DNA of 64,000 nt from an uncultured Parachlamydiaceae bacterium (GTDB taxonomy: Bacteria > Chlamydiota > Chlamydiia > Chlamydiales > Parachlamydiaceae). Below the pieces are notes generated by a model, which was not told where the DNA came from, searched no databases, and saw nothing but the letters and a program-made list of their open reading frames with translations. The DNA lies in assembly GCA_963742415.1 (NCBI GenBank), contig CAVULX010000002.1, positions 192,001 through 256,000 on the forward strand, given 5' to 3'. The position numbers and the translations under genes are program-made. Positions 29,429 through 39,729 of this stretch are shown in pieces. Each line of letters begins with the position of its first letter. The stretch's first letter is position 1.

Positions 29429-30676
29429 ATGAATATATCAGGTGTTTGTAAAAGTTGTTTTAATGTTTTTAAAGAGGTTTCTAATTTTAAAAACAATGAT
29501 AATAAAATCACTGCTTTTGCGGTATTAAAAATATTTACAGCCGTGGTTCTTCTAGTGTGTGGAGCTGCGATTCTCTATGGTCGTTTTAACAAAAAACAAA
29601 ACGATTCCTCTACAGCCATGAATGTTGATAATCAAACGAAAAAAATATTCTCAATTGGCGGTGCCTCCTCTACCTCACAAGTCAATTTTCAGACTTATTT
29701 TTCAAAATTAGAAAAAATTGAGTTATCAGAAGTTTTGGATACATATATTAGTCGGTATTTACCCCGTGCCAATCAGGAAAACTTGGAGGAGTATAGCCAT
29801 TCTGAAGATTATAAACGACATGCTAAAACAGCTCGTATTTATTACAATTCAAGTCAACTCTCGAAATTAGATGCACTAAGGATTATTTTTCAACGTGAAC
29901 CTACGAACATAGCTATGGGAGACTATCAGTACGTTGAAAAAAATTTAATAGAATCATTTGGTTATAGGAAAGGAGTCTATAACGATATAGACGCAAAAAA
30001 AACGGATGGATCTTCATTCAAGGAACTCCCTAATACCGCAACCGTTTATTCTGAAACTTATTTATGGGATCCGGGAAAAGAAAATAAAAAAGAAATCGCT
30101 TGTCTTTCTTTACCTGCTCCTGCTTTAGATACTACTGACCAACCACACTACAAATATTATATGAAAGAAGGCAAATTAGATGTGAAAAAGTACGAACAAG
30201 AAATGGAATTTTTATTCAAATGTATAGAAAAAGCAGTTAGAGATAATAAGGATCGTGCCTTTCGCGGTGAAGGAATTAAAAGGATTGTTCTCTCTAAATT
30301 TGGTCAAGGCGCCTTTTTAGAAGCTTTATCTGAAGATGATAAGAAGATAGCCCACAATGTTTACAGAGAACAAATGGGTATCTTTCTAATGAACATTAAA
30401 GATATACATTTAGAAATCGTAATGAGTGAATATTCTGATCCCGGCGATGATGGTAAATGGCATGATGAAATGATCATTGGAGATATTATAGAAACAGCTC
30501 ATGAGGGTGATCTAATTATTAATGCCTGGGATCCTCACAGTGCTCCAGGAAATGGCAATGATGGGGATCGCTCTTTTGATGGAGCGATGGGAAAAGGATC
30601 GGGTATTCTTCTAACGCAAACGAGTTGGTTAAATGAGACCTTAAGGAGTCAAGATTCATTGGTTGCTGTTAAATAA
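29429..30676 (+). CDS. Hypothetical protein, N-terminal TM, possible macrodomain/PARG-like fold
   Basis: SLPAPALD, RIVLSKFGQGAF, INAWDPHSAPGNGN..DRSFDG. Confidence 0.6.
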   Translation: MNISGVCKSCFNVFKEVSNFKNNDNKITAFAVLKIFTAVVLLVCGAAILYGRFNKKQNDSSTAMNVDNQTKKIFSIGGASSTSQVNFQTYFSKLEKIELSEVLDTYISRYLPRANQENLEEYSHSEDYKRHAKTARIYYNSSQLSKLDALRIIFQREPTNIAMGDYQYVEKNLIESFGYRKGVYNDIDAKKTDGSSFKELPNTATVYSETYLWDPGKENKKEIACLSLPAPALDTTDQPHYKYYMKEGKLDVKKYEQEMEFLFKCIEKAVRDNKDRAFRGEGIKRIVLSKFGQGAFLEALSEDDKKIAHNVYREQMGIFLMNIKDIHLEIVMSEYSDPGDDGKWHDEMIIGDIIETAHEGDLIINAWDPHSAPGNGNDGDRSFDGAMGKGSGILLTQTSWLNETLRSQDSLVAVK

Positions 30677-30847
30677 TTCTTTAATCATTATTTTTATTCA
30701 GACATTCTAAAAGTATCCCTCCATGGCTTGCAAATTTATTTTAGATCACCCTATTTCAATAAGAGGCTCAGAATATATTGAAAATGATATTTGGTCATTA
30801 GCTATTTCACCGTTAAAAATCAATCAATAAGTTTAATGAGATTAAAT

Positions 30848-31690
30848 ATGTATCGCATATTTGTATTTTTTTTGTGTTCTCTGTTTTTTTCTTATCCACT
30901 CGCCGCTGACGACTGGAGCGGTATAGATTATGCGCAAAATTCTTCTGTACAATTATCACATGCTGAACGCTTGTTGAATGGCCTTTCTTTAATCGGTCAT
31001 GAAAGTATTCTTGATGTAGGCTGTGGGGATGGGAAGATTACAGCATTACTAGCTAAAAAAGTTCCACAAGGTATTGTAATAGGAATTGATCCTTCTGATT
31101 CCATGTTGGATAAAGCTGAAATACTTCGTAGAGAAAATGGTCTTTTTAATTTGACCTTTCAAAAAGGTACAGCGGAGGAGTTTTCTTTAAACCAACGCTT
31201 CGATCATATTATTGCTATTCATGTAATGCACTGGATTAAGGAGCAAGAGAGAGCATTAGAAAATATTCAAACTCACCTTAAACCACAGGGACATGTTCAT
31301 TTCATCTTTGCTCCTTCAAAAGAAGGATTGCCCTTCCACGTAGCTTTACAGAAAACATTACAAAATTGGAGTCAAGATTTTATTGATTTCATCAATCCTC
31401 AACAGGTTTTTGATATGGAAACTTACCGTAAATTAATGGTGAAATCGGGTTTTCATATTGAATCAATTCATTATCTTTACCATGAATCAATGCATGAAAA
31501 TAAAGAAAGATTAAAAGATTGGATAAGGCAATGGCAACCTCATGCAAAACATCTCCCCTTAGATAATCGGACAAATTTTCTTGATGAACTTGTTAATAAT
31601 TATCTCATTGAAATGGGCTTACATCCAGAAACTTCAGTTTCAGTTAAGTGGGGAGAGTATGTGCTTATTGTTGAAGCTAAAAAAGCTTAA
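30848..31690 (+). CDS. Class I SAM methyltransferase (Tam-like) with signal peptide
   Basis: ILDVGCGDGKIT, GIDPS, MHWI; N-terminus MYRIFVFFLCSLFFSYPLAA. Confidence 0.88.
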   Translation: MYRIFVFFLCSLFFSYPLAADDWSGIDYAQNSSVQLSHAERLLNGLSLIGHESILDVGCGDGKITALLAKKVPQGIVIGIDPSDSMLDKAEILRRENGLFNLTFQKGTAEEFSLNQRFDHIIAIHVMHWIKEQERALENIQTHLKPQGHVHFIFAPSKEGLPFHVALQKTLQNWSQDFIDFINPQQVFDMETYRKLMVKSGFHIESIHYLYHESMHENKERLKDWIRQWQPHAKHLPLDNRTNFLDELVNNYLIEMGLHPETSVSVKWGEYVLIVEAKKA

Positions 31691-31734
31691 CAAGTTATCA
31701 AGCACGTTAAGGATATGAAGTTTTGAATAATGCT

Positions 31735-32703
31735 CTACTTCTCAACAATGAATATTACAAAAGGGGGAAACGCTGTATATTCCTTGCTAAGGGTATGCTT
31801 TTGATTTTCATTATAGCTCTGTATTTCCTGCTCACTAGTAAAATAAGGGCGATATACGTTGTTTATTCGAAAACCTTCCTGAATGAGAATAGAAACGTAT
31901 TCATGCTCTGAATGATAATAATTCGGCACTACCATCATTGGAATTTTTCTCCAAATTTCCACTCCAGATTTCAAATTTGTTTCGTCAAGCAATAACACCC
32001 AATTGTCCTGTTTTTTTGCGAAAGTAGCTCGGTAGACGTTATCTAATCCTTCAATAGTTTTTGGGAAAGAGTCTTGATGACTAATGAGCAGTTGATTGAT
32101 AGAATTAACAACTTCTTCATTTGATCTTTTCCCATCCGTAAATACTGTTCCAAATGAAGTGGGCGCTGTGATAATAGCTACCCCGCCTGTTTTTAAAACT
32201 CTGCTTAACTCTTGAAAGTGGGGCTTTAAATTGGGCAAGTTACAACCGACGTTAACACTTATAGCCCTGTCGAAAAAATGATCAGGATAAGGCAGGTGGC
32301 CAACATCTCCCACTACAAAGCTTGCAATATTTTCAACAGATTCTTCACGAGCAGCTTGTTTTGCTTTTTCAATCATACCTTCTTGAATATCTATCCCGTA
32401 AACAACAGCACCATTTTTTGCAGCAAAGATGCTCCATGGCCCAGCTCCACAACCGGCATCCAAAATGACTTGACCCTCTAGATTTAATAAATAGGGTAAA
32501 AAATAAGGGTCGAGAAATAGGGTGCCATCTGGACCATGTTTCATTTTAATGTAGGTACTCACACCCTGATTTCCATACTTAGTACCATTTTTTGTATGTT
32601 CGTGTGCCGATGCTACCTCATGAACGAAGTGAGTGGCGATGAAAAGAACAGCGAAGGCCAAAGAAACTCGAGCCCATCGAGAATTGAAACAATGCCAGTT
32701 CAT
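31735..32703 (-). CDS. Class I SAM methyltransferase with signal peptide
   Basis: ILDAGCGAG, GIDI, GDVGHLPYPDHFFD, RVLKTGG. Confidence 0.88.
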   Translation of the reverse strand: MNWHCFNSRWARVSLAFAVLFIATHFVHEVASAHEHTKNGTKYGNQGVSTYIKMKHGPDGTLFLDPYFLPYLLNLEGQVILDAGCGAGPWSIFAAKNGAVVYGIDIQEGMIEKAKQAAREESVENIASFVVGDVGHLPYPDHFFDRAISVNVGCNLPNLKPHFQELSRVLKTGGVAIITAPTSFGTVFTDGKRSNEEVVNSINQLLISHQDSFPKTIEGLDNVYRATFAKKQDNWVLLLDETNLKSGVEIWRKIPMMVVPNYYHSEHEYVSILIQEGFRINNVYRPYFTSEQEIQSYNENQKHTLSKEYTAFPPFVIFIVEK

Positions 32704-32769
32704 ATAAACCTATTTTTTGAATAGTTACCTGAAGTGATATAGTTTTTAAAAAATTTATGATATAGTTTT

Positions 32770-33963
32770 TTAACGATCTTTAACAAATTTGAATGTACCT
32801 CCATCTAAAAGACACTCAAGGGCTGGGGAGATCCCCAAAGCCTGCTTCATCTCCAGATAGCGGCTTCTGGCTTTTTCTTGGGCTGTTTTGGAGGCTCCAC
32901 GCACAGCGCGGATCAGAAGATTTTTTGGAGTGTGCTCCGAATCGATAAATTCGATCACTTGGGTCGAATACCCATGCATGGTCAAGATGTCAGCCCTTGC
33001 AGCATCTGTAGCTAACGCGGCAAAGCGCTCCCGTAAAATCCCATGCTGGAGAAGAGAATCCAAAGCTGTACTTTTGACCTGATGATATAGCTCGTGCTGG
33101 CAGCATGGAGCCGCTAAGATGACAGACGCTCTCCAGCGTACAGCCTGCGCTAAAGCTTCATCTGTAGCTGTGTTGCAAGCATGGAGCGACACCACCATAT
33201 CGATGGAATCATCCGGCTTATATTGGGCTATTTTTCCACAGGAGAAATGTAATTGCTCGTAATGCAACCTTTTAGCCGCATCCTGGCAAAAAGCGATGAG
33301 ATCTTGCTTTAGATCAAGTCCATGTAACGAAACGTCCATCCCTTTTTGCTGTTTTAAAAAGTCATACAAAGCAAAAGTCAAGTATGCCTTTCCACATCCA
33401 AAATCGACTATTGTCAGCTTCTTATTCTTTGGCAAATGTGTAATGACATCCTGGACCAGCTCGAGAAACCGGTTGATTTGCTTCAACTTATCACTTTTTT
33501 GCGGCAGCACTTTTCCTTCAGCACTCACAAGACCCAGCTCATGAAGGTAGGTAGGAAAGTCACTCTTATTTAAAATGTGTTTTTTTGGCCGATTATGAAC
33601 CAACTCAACATGAGCTTTGGAAGAGGGTCTCCGCAATAAGGAAATATCCCCCTTCTTATTGGTTAAGATTTGAAAATCAGTTTCTCTCGTAAATAGGACT
33701 GCTTGTTTGTAAAAAGGGATAAGCTCTTTGAAGATAAAGGCAAAACATTCCTCACCTGAAACATTGGAGTGGAAGGCCTTTTGAGCTTTAAACCTGCTGA
33801 TTTGGTAGACCCATTGGCCTTTGAGCTGAATAGCTCTGATGGTTACTTTGAGAGTTAATTGCTCATTTTTCTCTTTTGGAGAACTGAAAACAGCTTCAAT
33901 CCACTGCTTAGATTCGATGCTATCCTGAACGATTTTTTTTAATTCTGACAAATCTATGCGCAT
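32770..33963 (-). CDS. SAM-dependent methyltransferase (Methyltransf_32-like)
   Basis: KLKQINRFLE, VDFGCGKAYLTF, SLHACNTATD, APCCQHE, TPKNLLI. Confidence 0.9.
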   Translation of the reverse strand: MRIDLSELKKIVQDSIESKQWIEAVFSSPKEKNEQLTLKVTIRAIQLKGQWVYQISRFKAQKAFHSNVSGEECFAFIFKELIPFYKQAVLFTRETDFQILTNKKGDISLLRRPSSKAHVELVHNRPKKHILNKSDFPTYLHELGLVSAEGKVLPQKSDKLKQINRFLELVQDVITHLPKNKKLTIVDFGCGKAYLTFALYDFLKQQKGMDVSLHGLDLKQDLIAFCQDAAKRLHYEQLHFSCGKIAQYKPDDSIDMVVSLHACNTATDEALAQAVRWRASVILAAPCCQHELYHQVKSTALDSLLQHGILRERFAALATDAARADILTMHGYSTQVIEFIDSEHTPKNLLIRAVRGASKTAQEKARSRYLEMKQALGISPALECLLDGGTFKFVKDR

Positions 33964-34081
33964 TTCTAAACCGCATTTGACTCTTGCACGATTTTAATAA
34001 ATAGGGCATTGTTTCCAACAGATTTCTTTCGAAACTAATCTACTATAACATACTTTAAAACATAAATTCCAAGGAAAACAC

Positions 34082-35983
34082 ATGCACAACAAGAATGAAC
34101 GACCTGCAGTACAGACAGTGCCTTATGGATTATGGACCTCTCCTATCACTGCAGCCATGACCACCCGCGTGGAAAAGTCGAATCGCAACTGCGACATTTT
34201 TTTAGAGGGTGAAACCCTTTATTGGACAGAAGTCCGTCCAAATGAGAAAAGCCGCGTTGTGATCGTTAAGCGGGAACCAAGTGGTGCAACATCTACAATA
34301 ATACCTCAAGGGTACGATGTTAGATCGAAAGTTCACGAATATGGAGGATTAGCTTTTACGGTGATCGATCAAGTGGTCTACTTTGTGAATGCCAAAGACC
34401 AACGCCTTTATGCAATGCACCCTTCACAGGAACCCACCCCCTTGACAGCCACAGGAATCAGATATGCTGATTTACTCCCCTCTCCTGAAGGAATCATTGC
34501 TGTAGCTGAAGAACGGCATCAAGATAAAGTGTCCAATTTTCTCGTATTGATCGATATAAAAACAGGATCTCACACAATTCTCGACGAAGGGCACGACTTT
34601 TATGCCTCCCCTGCCTTAGGAAAAGATGGCCGATCGTTAGCATGGCTCACGTGGGATCATCCCAGCATGCCTTGGGATGGCACCGAACTCTGGACGGCGG
34701 AACTTAGCCAAGGGCAACTTATCCATAAAATGAAAAAAGCCGGAGGAGCCTCAGAGTCTATTTTTCAACCCCAATGGTCGCCTCAAGGGAATTTATTTTT
34801 TGTATCCGACTGCACCGGCTGGTGGAACCTTTACAAGCATGACGGAAAAAATTCTGTCAACGTATGTCCCATGTCCGCTGAGTTTGGGCTCCCCTTATGG
34901 CGATTAGGGATTTCAACATGGAGATTTACGGGTAAGGGTGAAGAGATAGTCTGTGCATTTCAACAAAATGGGGAAGGGAAGCTGGCTTTTTTAAATCCTC
35001 AAGAGAGTCAGCTCAGGCCTATTTCCCTGCCTTTTACCGATTTTTCTCAAGTTGTTGCAGGAAAAAACAAGATCTTTTGTTTAATGGGTACACCCACAGA
35101 AGCCAGAAGATTGATCCTGTTGGATACAACATCTCTGAAGTGGCAGGAAATTGATCGATCGGAAAAACTCGAAATAAATGAGGGATACTTGGCGGCGCCG
35201 GAAACTATTGTCTACCCTTCAGCTCAAAACCGAACGGCTTATGGGTATTTTTACCCCCCAAAAAATAAAGATTACACCCCTCCCGCTGACACCCTTCCTC
35301 CGTTGATCATTGTCATTCATGGGGGGCCTACGGCAACAGCCGATCCCATTTTCAATTTACGCATTCAGTATTGGACTAGCCGCGGTTTTGCTGTCTTTGA
35401 TGTCAATTACGCCGGAAGCACAGGCTATGGCCGCAAATATAGGGACAGCTTGAAGGGATTGTGGGGAGTAGCCGATGTGGAAGACTGCATTGCCGGAGCC
35501 CGCTATTTGGCTGAGATGAAAAAAGTGGACCCTAAAAAGATCTTCATCCGTGGGGGAAGTGCCGGAGGATTTACTTCGTTGGCAGCTTTAGCCCACTCAG
35601 ACATATTTGCGGCAGGAGCCAGCTATTATGGTGTAGCCGATCTTGAACTGCTGCAAAAGGATACCCATAAGTTTGAGGCTCATTATCTTGATTCGCTCAT
35701 TGGACCTTACCCGGAAAAAAAAGCCCTCTACAAAGAGAGGTCCCCCTTATTTAATGCCGAATCGATTTCGTCCCCTGTGATATTCTTTCAAGGAGGGGAG
35801 GATCCAGTAGTCCCAAAAAATCAAACGGAAGCAATGTTTGAGGCGCTCCAGAAAAGAAAAATTATCTCCGCTTTCATTCTCTATGAAAAAGAGGAACATG
35901 GTTTTCGGCAACCGGAAAACGTCCAAGATTCTCTTGAAAAAGAGCTGCAGTTTTATCTGGCAACGACTTTGCCGCATAATTAA
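34082..35983 (+). CDS. S9 family (prolyl oligopeptidase-like) peptidase
   Basis: VHEYGG, HGGPT, nucleophile GGSAGG, D(PVV), EEHGFR. Confidence 0.95.
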   Translation: MHNKNERPAVQTVPYGLWTSPITAAMTTRVEKSNRNCDIFLEGETLYWTEVRPNEKSRVVIVKREPSGATSTIIPQGYDVRSKVHEYGGLAFTVIDQVVYFVNAKDQRLYAMHPSQEPTPLTATGIRYADLLPSPEGIIAVAEERHQDKVSNFLVLIDIKTGSHTILDEGHDFYASPALGKDGRSLAWLTWDHPSMPWDGTELWTAELSQGQLIHKMKKAGGASESIFQPQWSPQGNLFFVSDCTGWWNLYKHDGKNSVNVCPMSAEFGLPLWRLGISTWRFTGKGEEIVCAFQQNGEGKLAFLNPQESQLRPISLPFTDFSQVVAGKNKIFCLMGTPTEARRLILLDTTSLKWQEIDRSEKLEINEGYLAAPETIVYPSAQNRTAYGYFYPPKNKDYTPPADTLPPLIIVIHGGPTATADPIFNLRIQYWTSRGFAVFDVNYAGSTGYGRKYRDSLKGLWGVADVEDCIAGARYLAEMKKVDPKKIFIRGGSAGGFTSLAALAHSDIFAAGASYYGVADLELLQKDTHKFEAHYLDSLIGPYPEKKALYKERSPLFNAESISSPVIFFQGGEDPVVPKNQTEAMFEALQKRKIISAFILYEKEEHGFRQPENVQDSLEKELQFYLATTLPHN

Positions 35984-36125
35984 TTCACCACAAAACCGCT
36001 GAGATCATTGAGGGGGTTATTCGCGCAGCAACTCCCTCTTTAGGCTCTGAAGCTATTTTTGCAACAAAAATTATTTGATCTAAAATTTGTTTTGCTTTAG
36101 GTTGTTGCATTGCTGGAGATATCTC

Positions 36126-36941
36126 ATGAATAAGTTTGTGTCGATACTGATATTGATAGGATATTTGTTTACAACCTCCCACGCCGTTGGAGTTGAACTT
36201 TGCCATAGATTCGTTGTCATCACACCTGAAAAAACAGGCACCCATCTTCTTACAAAAGCGATTAGCCAGCTCACAGGGTTAAAGACAATCAATTGCTGGG
36301 ATCATAATAGAACTAGCGAGTTTTTGATCAACCTGCTGGAACAAGCCAAAAACGAAGATGCCTTTCTACATATGCACGCTTTTCCACATGAACATATCAT
36401 TAATACATTCAGACAACGCGGACATAAAGTGATCTTTTTGATGCGAGATCCACGCGACCAAGCCATTTCTCTCCTTTTTTACCTACAACAAGGGTGGCAA
36501 TATGGGCCAATAACTCAAGAACACCCCTTTCGAAAGCTATCTTTTGATGAACAATTGCTCGAAATCATCACCGGAGAAAGGTTTGGTTTACCCATGACCA
36601 AAAACATCATCGGAGAAAGAATCCCGTGGATGCGTTTAAAGTCCTTTTTTGTTTGCACAGTCAAATTTGAAAATTTGGTCGGGCATGAGGGAGGAGGCAG
36701 TGATAAAGCTCAACAAAAAGAGCTTAAGAAAATCTGTAAACACATTGGCCTCAAATTAAGCAAAACACAAATCAAAGAAAGATCGGCAGGATTATTTGGC
36801 AAACCCGGTGAAAAAACATTTAGGTCAGGTCAAATAGGAGAATGGAAAAAGTATTTTAAGGATGAACATATTAACGCTTTTAAGAATCATGCAGGAGAAA
36901 TTCTGATCCTCACAGGTTACGAAAAAAATTTAAATTGGTAA
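36126..36941 (+). CDS. Sulfotransferase-domain protein with signal peptide
   Basis: 5'-PSB-like PEKTGTHLL, 3'-PB-like RDPRDQAIS, FENL, FRSGQIGEWK. Confidence 0.85.
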   Translation: MNKFVSILILIGYLFTTSHAVGVELCHRFVVITPEKTGTHLLTKAISQLTGLKTINCWDHNRTSEFLINLLEQAKNEDAFLHMHAFPHEHIINTFRQRGHKVIFLMRDPRDQAISLLFYLQQGWQYGPITQEHPFRKLSFDEQLLEIITGERFGLPMTKNIIGERIPWMRLKSFFVCTVKFENLVGHEGGGSDKAQQKELKKICKHIGLKLSKTQIKERSAGLFGKPGEKTFRSGQIGEWKKYFKDEHINAFKNHAGEILILTGYEKNLNW

Positions 36942-37009
36942 ACTGAGCTTTGTTTGTATTTTAAAATTCAGAGCAATGCTATGGAAACTTTTATTTTCTT
37001 CAGGAGCTT

Positions 37010-37747
37010 ATGAACGTAAGAATAATGGTGCTATACTTCGGTATCTTTTATTTGTTCTCTTTTTCATTCGTCTCTGCGGAGTGTGAAGCTCAAAATTTTT
37101 TCGACCCTATAGCTAAAGAACTTATCGGCAAACAGTATTTTCGTACACTTTTGATCATAGGATGCGCACGCAGCGGCACGACGTATATGACACAAGTACT
37201 TAGAGCTAACGGCCTTGATGTAAAACATGAAGGGGATGGGTCCTTTGGCATTGTCTCTTGGCCCATGGTTGCAGAGAGTGAGACATCTCCTTGGGGGCCC
37301 GGAGCGAAAAAATTTTTTTTCTCCCATATTTTTCATCAAGTGAGGGATCCTTTGAAAACAATTGCTTCGGCTAGTAAAGAACCGATGAGTTCCTGGGTAT
37401 ATATTTGTAGGCATTGTCCAGAAATAAAATTGGATGATACGCCTCTCGTAAAAGCTGCAAAGTACTGGTATTACTGGAATTTGTTAGCTGAAAAAAAAGC
37501 TGAATGGACCTATCGCGTTGAAGATATCGAAGCTGTGATGGATAAGATGGGTCGACGATTAAAAATAAAGTTGGACAAAGGGGTGCTTGTTTCTATCCCA
37601 AAAAATACAAACTCGAGAAACTACAGAGTTTCCTATACCTGGCCGGATATCAAAGCAGCGGTCTCTCCGGATCTCTACAAAAAAATCGTTAAATTGGCTA
37701 AACATTATGGTTATAAAGTTAACGAATATCCAAAAGGTAGAGAATAG
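37010..37747 (+). CDS. Sulfotransferase-family protein with signal peptide
   Basis: GCARSGTT, HE, VRDPLKTIAS, YRVED. Confidence 0.82.
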   Translation: MNVRIMVLYFGIFYLFSFSFVSAECEAQNFFDPIAKELIGKQYFRTLLIIGCARSGTTYMTQVLRANGLDVKHEGDGSFGIVSWPMVAESETSPWGPGAKKFFFSHIFHQVRDPLKTIASASKEPMSSWVYICRHCPEIKLDDTPLVKAAKYWYYWNLLAEKKAEWTYRVEDIEAVMDKMGRRLKIKLDKGVLVSIPKNTNSRNYRVSYTWPDIKAAVSPDLYKKIVKLAKHYGYKVNEYPKGRE

Positions 37748-37765
37748 AGAAAAGAACAAGATATT

Positions 37766-37848
37766 CATCGTGATTGAAGACTCTTAAAAGATACATTCGA
37801 CTAGCTACAGGCTTCGAAGAAAATAATGCAGCCTTAGTGGGATTATAA
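37766..37848 (+). pseudogene. C-terminal relic of a tyrosine recombinase
   Basis: H-R-D-(frameshift)-LKTLKRYIRLATGFEENNAALVGL*; parallels the relic at 52790 (TIKKYIRLTNKWKDNATSRIGL*). Confidence 0.65.
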
Positions 37849-37923
37849 GAGGAAGCAACAATGCAAAGCGACAATATCACTACAGTAATGTATTACAATG
37901 GTGCAATAATACTGTAACACAGA

Positions 37924-38229
37924 TTAGGCAATAGCTTGAAGCCCTTTTTTGGCTATAAGATTAAGCATTTTAAGAGCAATACCACGGGGGTGTTTTTCAC
38001 CTCGCTCCCATTGTTGCACAGTAGAGACACTTGTATTTAGATATAATGCAAAGACGCCTTGACTCACTTTTTCGCGCAGACGAAGACTTTTTATTTCTCG
38101 AGGAGACAAACTTTCAATAGGCGTAAGACACATCGCATTAAATTCGTGCATAGTTGTTGCATCAACAAGTCCTGCATCATACAGACCTTCTACGGATTCG
38201 TGAACTACTTCTAAAATTGATTTTTTCAT
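37924..38229 (-). CDS. XRE-family HTH antitoxin (HigA-like)
   Basis: EIKSLRLREKVSQGVFALYLNTSVSTVQQWERGEKHP. Confidence 0.92.
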   Translation of the reverse strand: MKKSILEVVHESVEGLYDAGLVDATTMHEFNAMCLTPIESLSPREIKSLRLREKVSQGVFALYLNTSVSTVQQWERGEKHPRGIALKMLNLIAKKGLQAIA

Positions 38230-38230
38230 A

Positions 38231-38490
38231 CTAATTTACCTCAACCAATTCACCTACATGTATAGCTTGAGCAAGTTGCCCATCACTAAAGCTAAAATAT
38301 ATTTTAGCTAATTTTTTAAGAGCGATTTCTTCTTTTTCAGATATAGTTGAGCGAACATTTTTTGCATAGCCATAGACAAAAAATACGTGTTTATCAGTTC
38401 TAAAAGCTACTATAGTGCGTGCTCCAGCACTTTTCCCTCGGCCATCCAGTGCGACGCGCTTCTTAAAAAGATTCCCTATATTTGTAAAGT
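38231..38490 (-). pseudogene. 5'-truncated RelE/ParE-family toxin (DUF1044-like)
   Basis: LFKKRVALDGRGKSAGARTIV..FFVYGYAKN present; no toxin-like N-terminus or start codon before the rsmB stop. Confidence 0.8.
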
Positions 38491-38493
38491 TTA

Positions 38494-39726
38494 TTATTTC
38501 GACAATAAGCAGGAGTACCCTCCATCCCATCCTTGAGCATTGGGAAGGATGGTGTGCTGAACCTTGCTGCTTAAGTTTAGATGCTCTTGCGCCCATGCGC
38601 TCATTTTTTCATTTTCCCTTTTAAGAATACTGCAGGTCATGTACCCGATTTCCCCATGAGGGGAAAGAAGAGAGGCTGCATGTTGCAGCAATTTCTTTTG
38701 GAGCTCCTCCAGTTGAATTAAATTTTCAGGCCTCAGCCTCCAACGCGCTTCCGCCCTTTTGTTCAAAACCCCTGTATTGCTGCAGGGTACATCCAGAATG
38801 ATCAGGTCAAATTGTCTCTTTTTTGGATAATCCTCCCCCTTATGGCAAGTCACATTCACCTTCAGGCCATATTTTTGACAGTTTTCATCTATCTTTCTAA
38901 CTTTTTCATCTGTCACATCATTCGCATACAAAGAAGCTTCCGGGAAAGCATCGTGAAGAGCCAATAATTTTCCTCCGGGGGCTGCGCAAAGGTCTAAAAT
39001 GTTGCGATAAGATTTTTTATTGCAGCGAAATAATTCTTCAAGCAAATATACCGGCGTAACATTCTGAACATAATATTGTGGAGATTTTGCGATGTCTGTC
39101 AGTTGGGAAGGATCTTTAAGGATAGCCACAGGTGGGTTGTCCAAAATAAGTTCGCCGGCATCCATTCTTTTTATCTCTTTTGTCCGGATTCTAAACATTG
39201 TCAAGCTTGGTCGATTTCCCATTTCAAGCAACACTTTGGCTGTATCAAGTCCATAATCTTGAGCCAGCTGTTCAATGTAAAAAGAGGGATACGAATACCG
39301 AAGGCTCATCGCTTCGAATGCGTCCCCTTGAGGTAATGGAGGGGGATCTATAGGGGCATTTCTCAAAAGGGCATTCAGAAAATTTCCAAACGTTTTATGG
39401 ATCCTTTTTTTTGCTATTTCGACAGTCTCGTCCACGATAGCATAATTGGGAAGACGGGACATAAAATAGAGTTGATAAATAGCTATACGCAAAAGAGCTT
39501 TTTCTCTGACACTTAATGAAAGACGTGGCCGCTTAGCGATTTGGGCTGCGAAATAATCCAAAGTCAAGGCCATGCGAATTGACCCGAAGGCTATTTCTTG
39601 GGCCAGCCTAAAATCTTCAGATTGAGGTTCTGTTTCCTCTTGCCATGCTTGCAACGTAGCTGAAGCAAATGATTCTTGCCTAAAAGAACTGAGAACGGCC
39701 ACATAAGCGGCTTCACGTGCACGCAT
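38494..39726 (-). CDS. rsmB: RsmB/Sun-like rRNA m5C methyltransferase with NusB-like N-domain
   Basis: LRIAIYQL..YAIVDETVEIAK..FLNALLR; LDLCAAPGGK; LDVPCSNTG; YMTCSI..EN. Confidence 0.85.
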   Translation of the reverse strand: MRAREAAYVAVLSSFRQESFASATLQAWQEETEPQSEDFRLAQEIAFGSIRMALTLDYFAAQIAKRPRLSLSVREKALLRIAIYQLYFMSRLPNYAIVDETVEIAKKRIHKTFGNFLNALLRNAPIDPPPLPQGDAFEAMSLRYSYPSFYIEQLAQDYGLDTAKVLLEMGNRPSLTMFRIRTKEIKRMDAGELILDNPPVAILKDPSQLTDIAKSPQYYVQNVTPVYLLEELFRCNKKSYRNILDLCAAPGGKLLALHDAFPEASLYANDVTDEKVRKIDENCQKYGLKVNVTCHKGEDYPKKRQFDLIILDVPCSNTGVLNKRAEARWRLRPENLIQLEELQKKLLQHAASLLSPHGEIGYMTCSILKRENEKMSAWAQEHLNLSSKVQHTILPNAQGWDGGYSCLLSK

Positions 39727-39729
39727 GAA

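Noticed and set aside
38231-38596. Intact 121-aa toxin as given in the ORF track
   Set aside because: The first ~35 aa are an alternative frame of the rsmB 3' end and are not toxin-like
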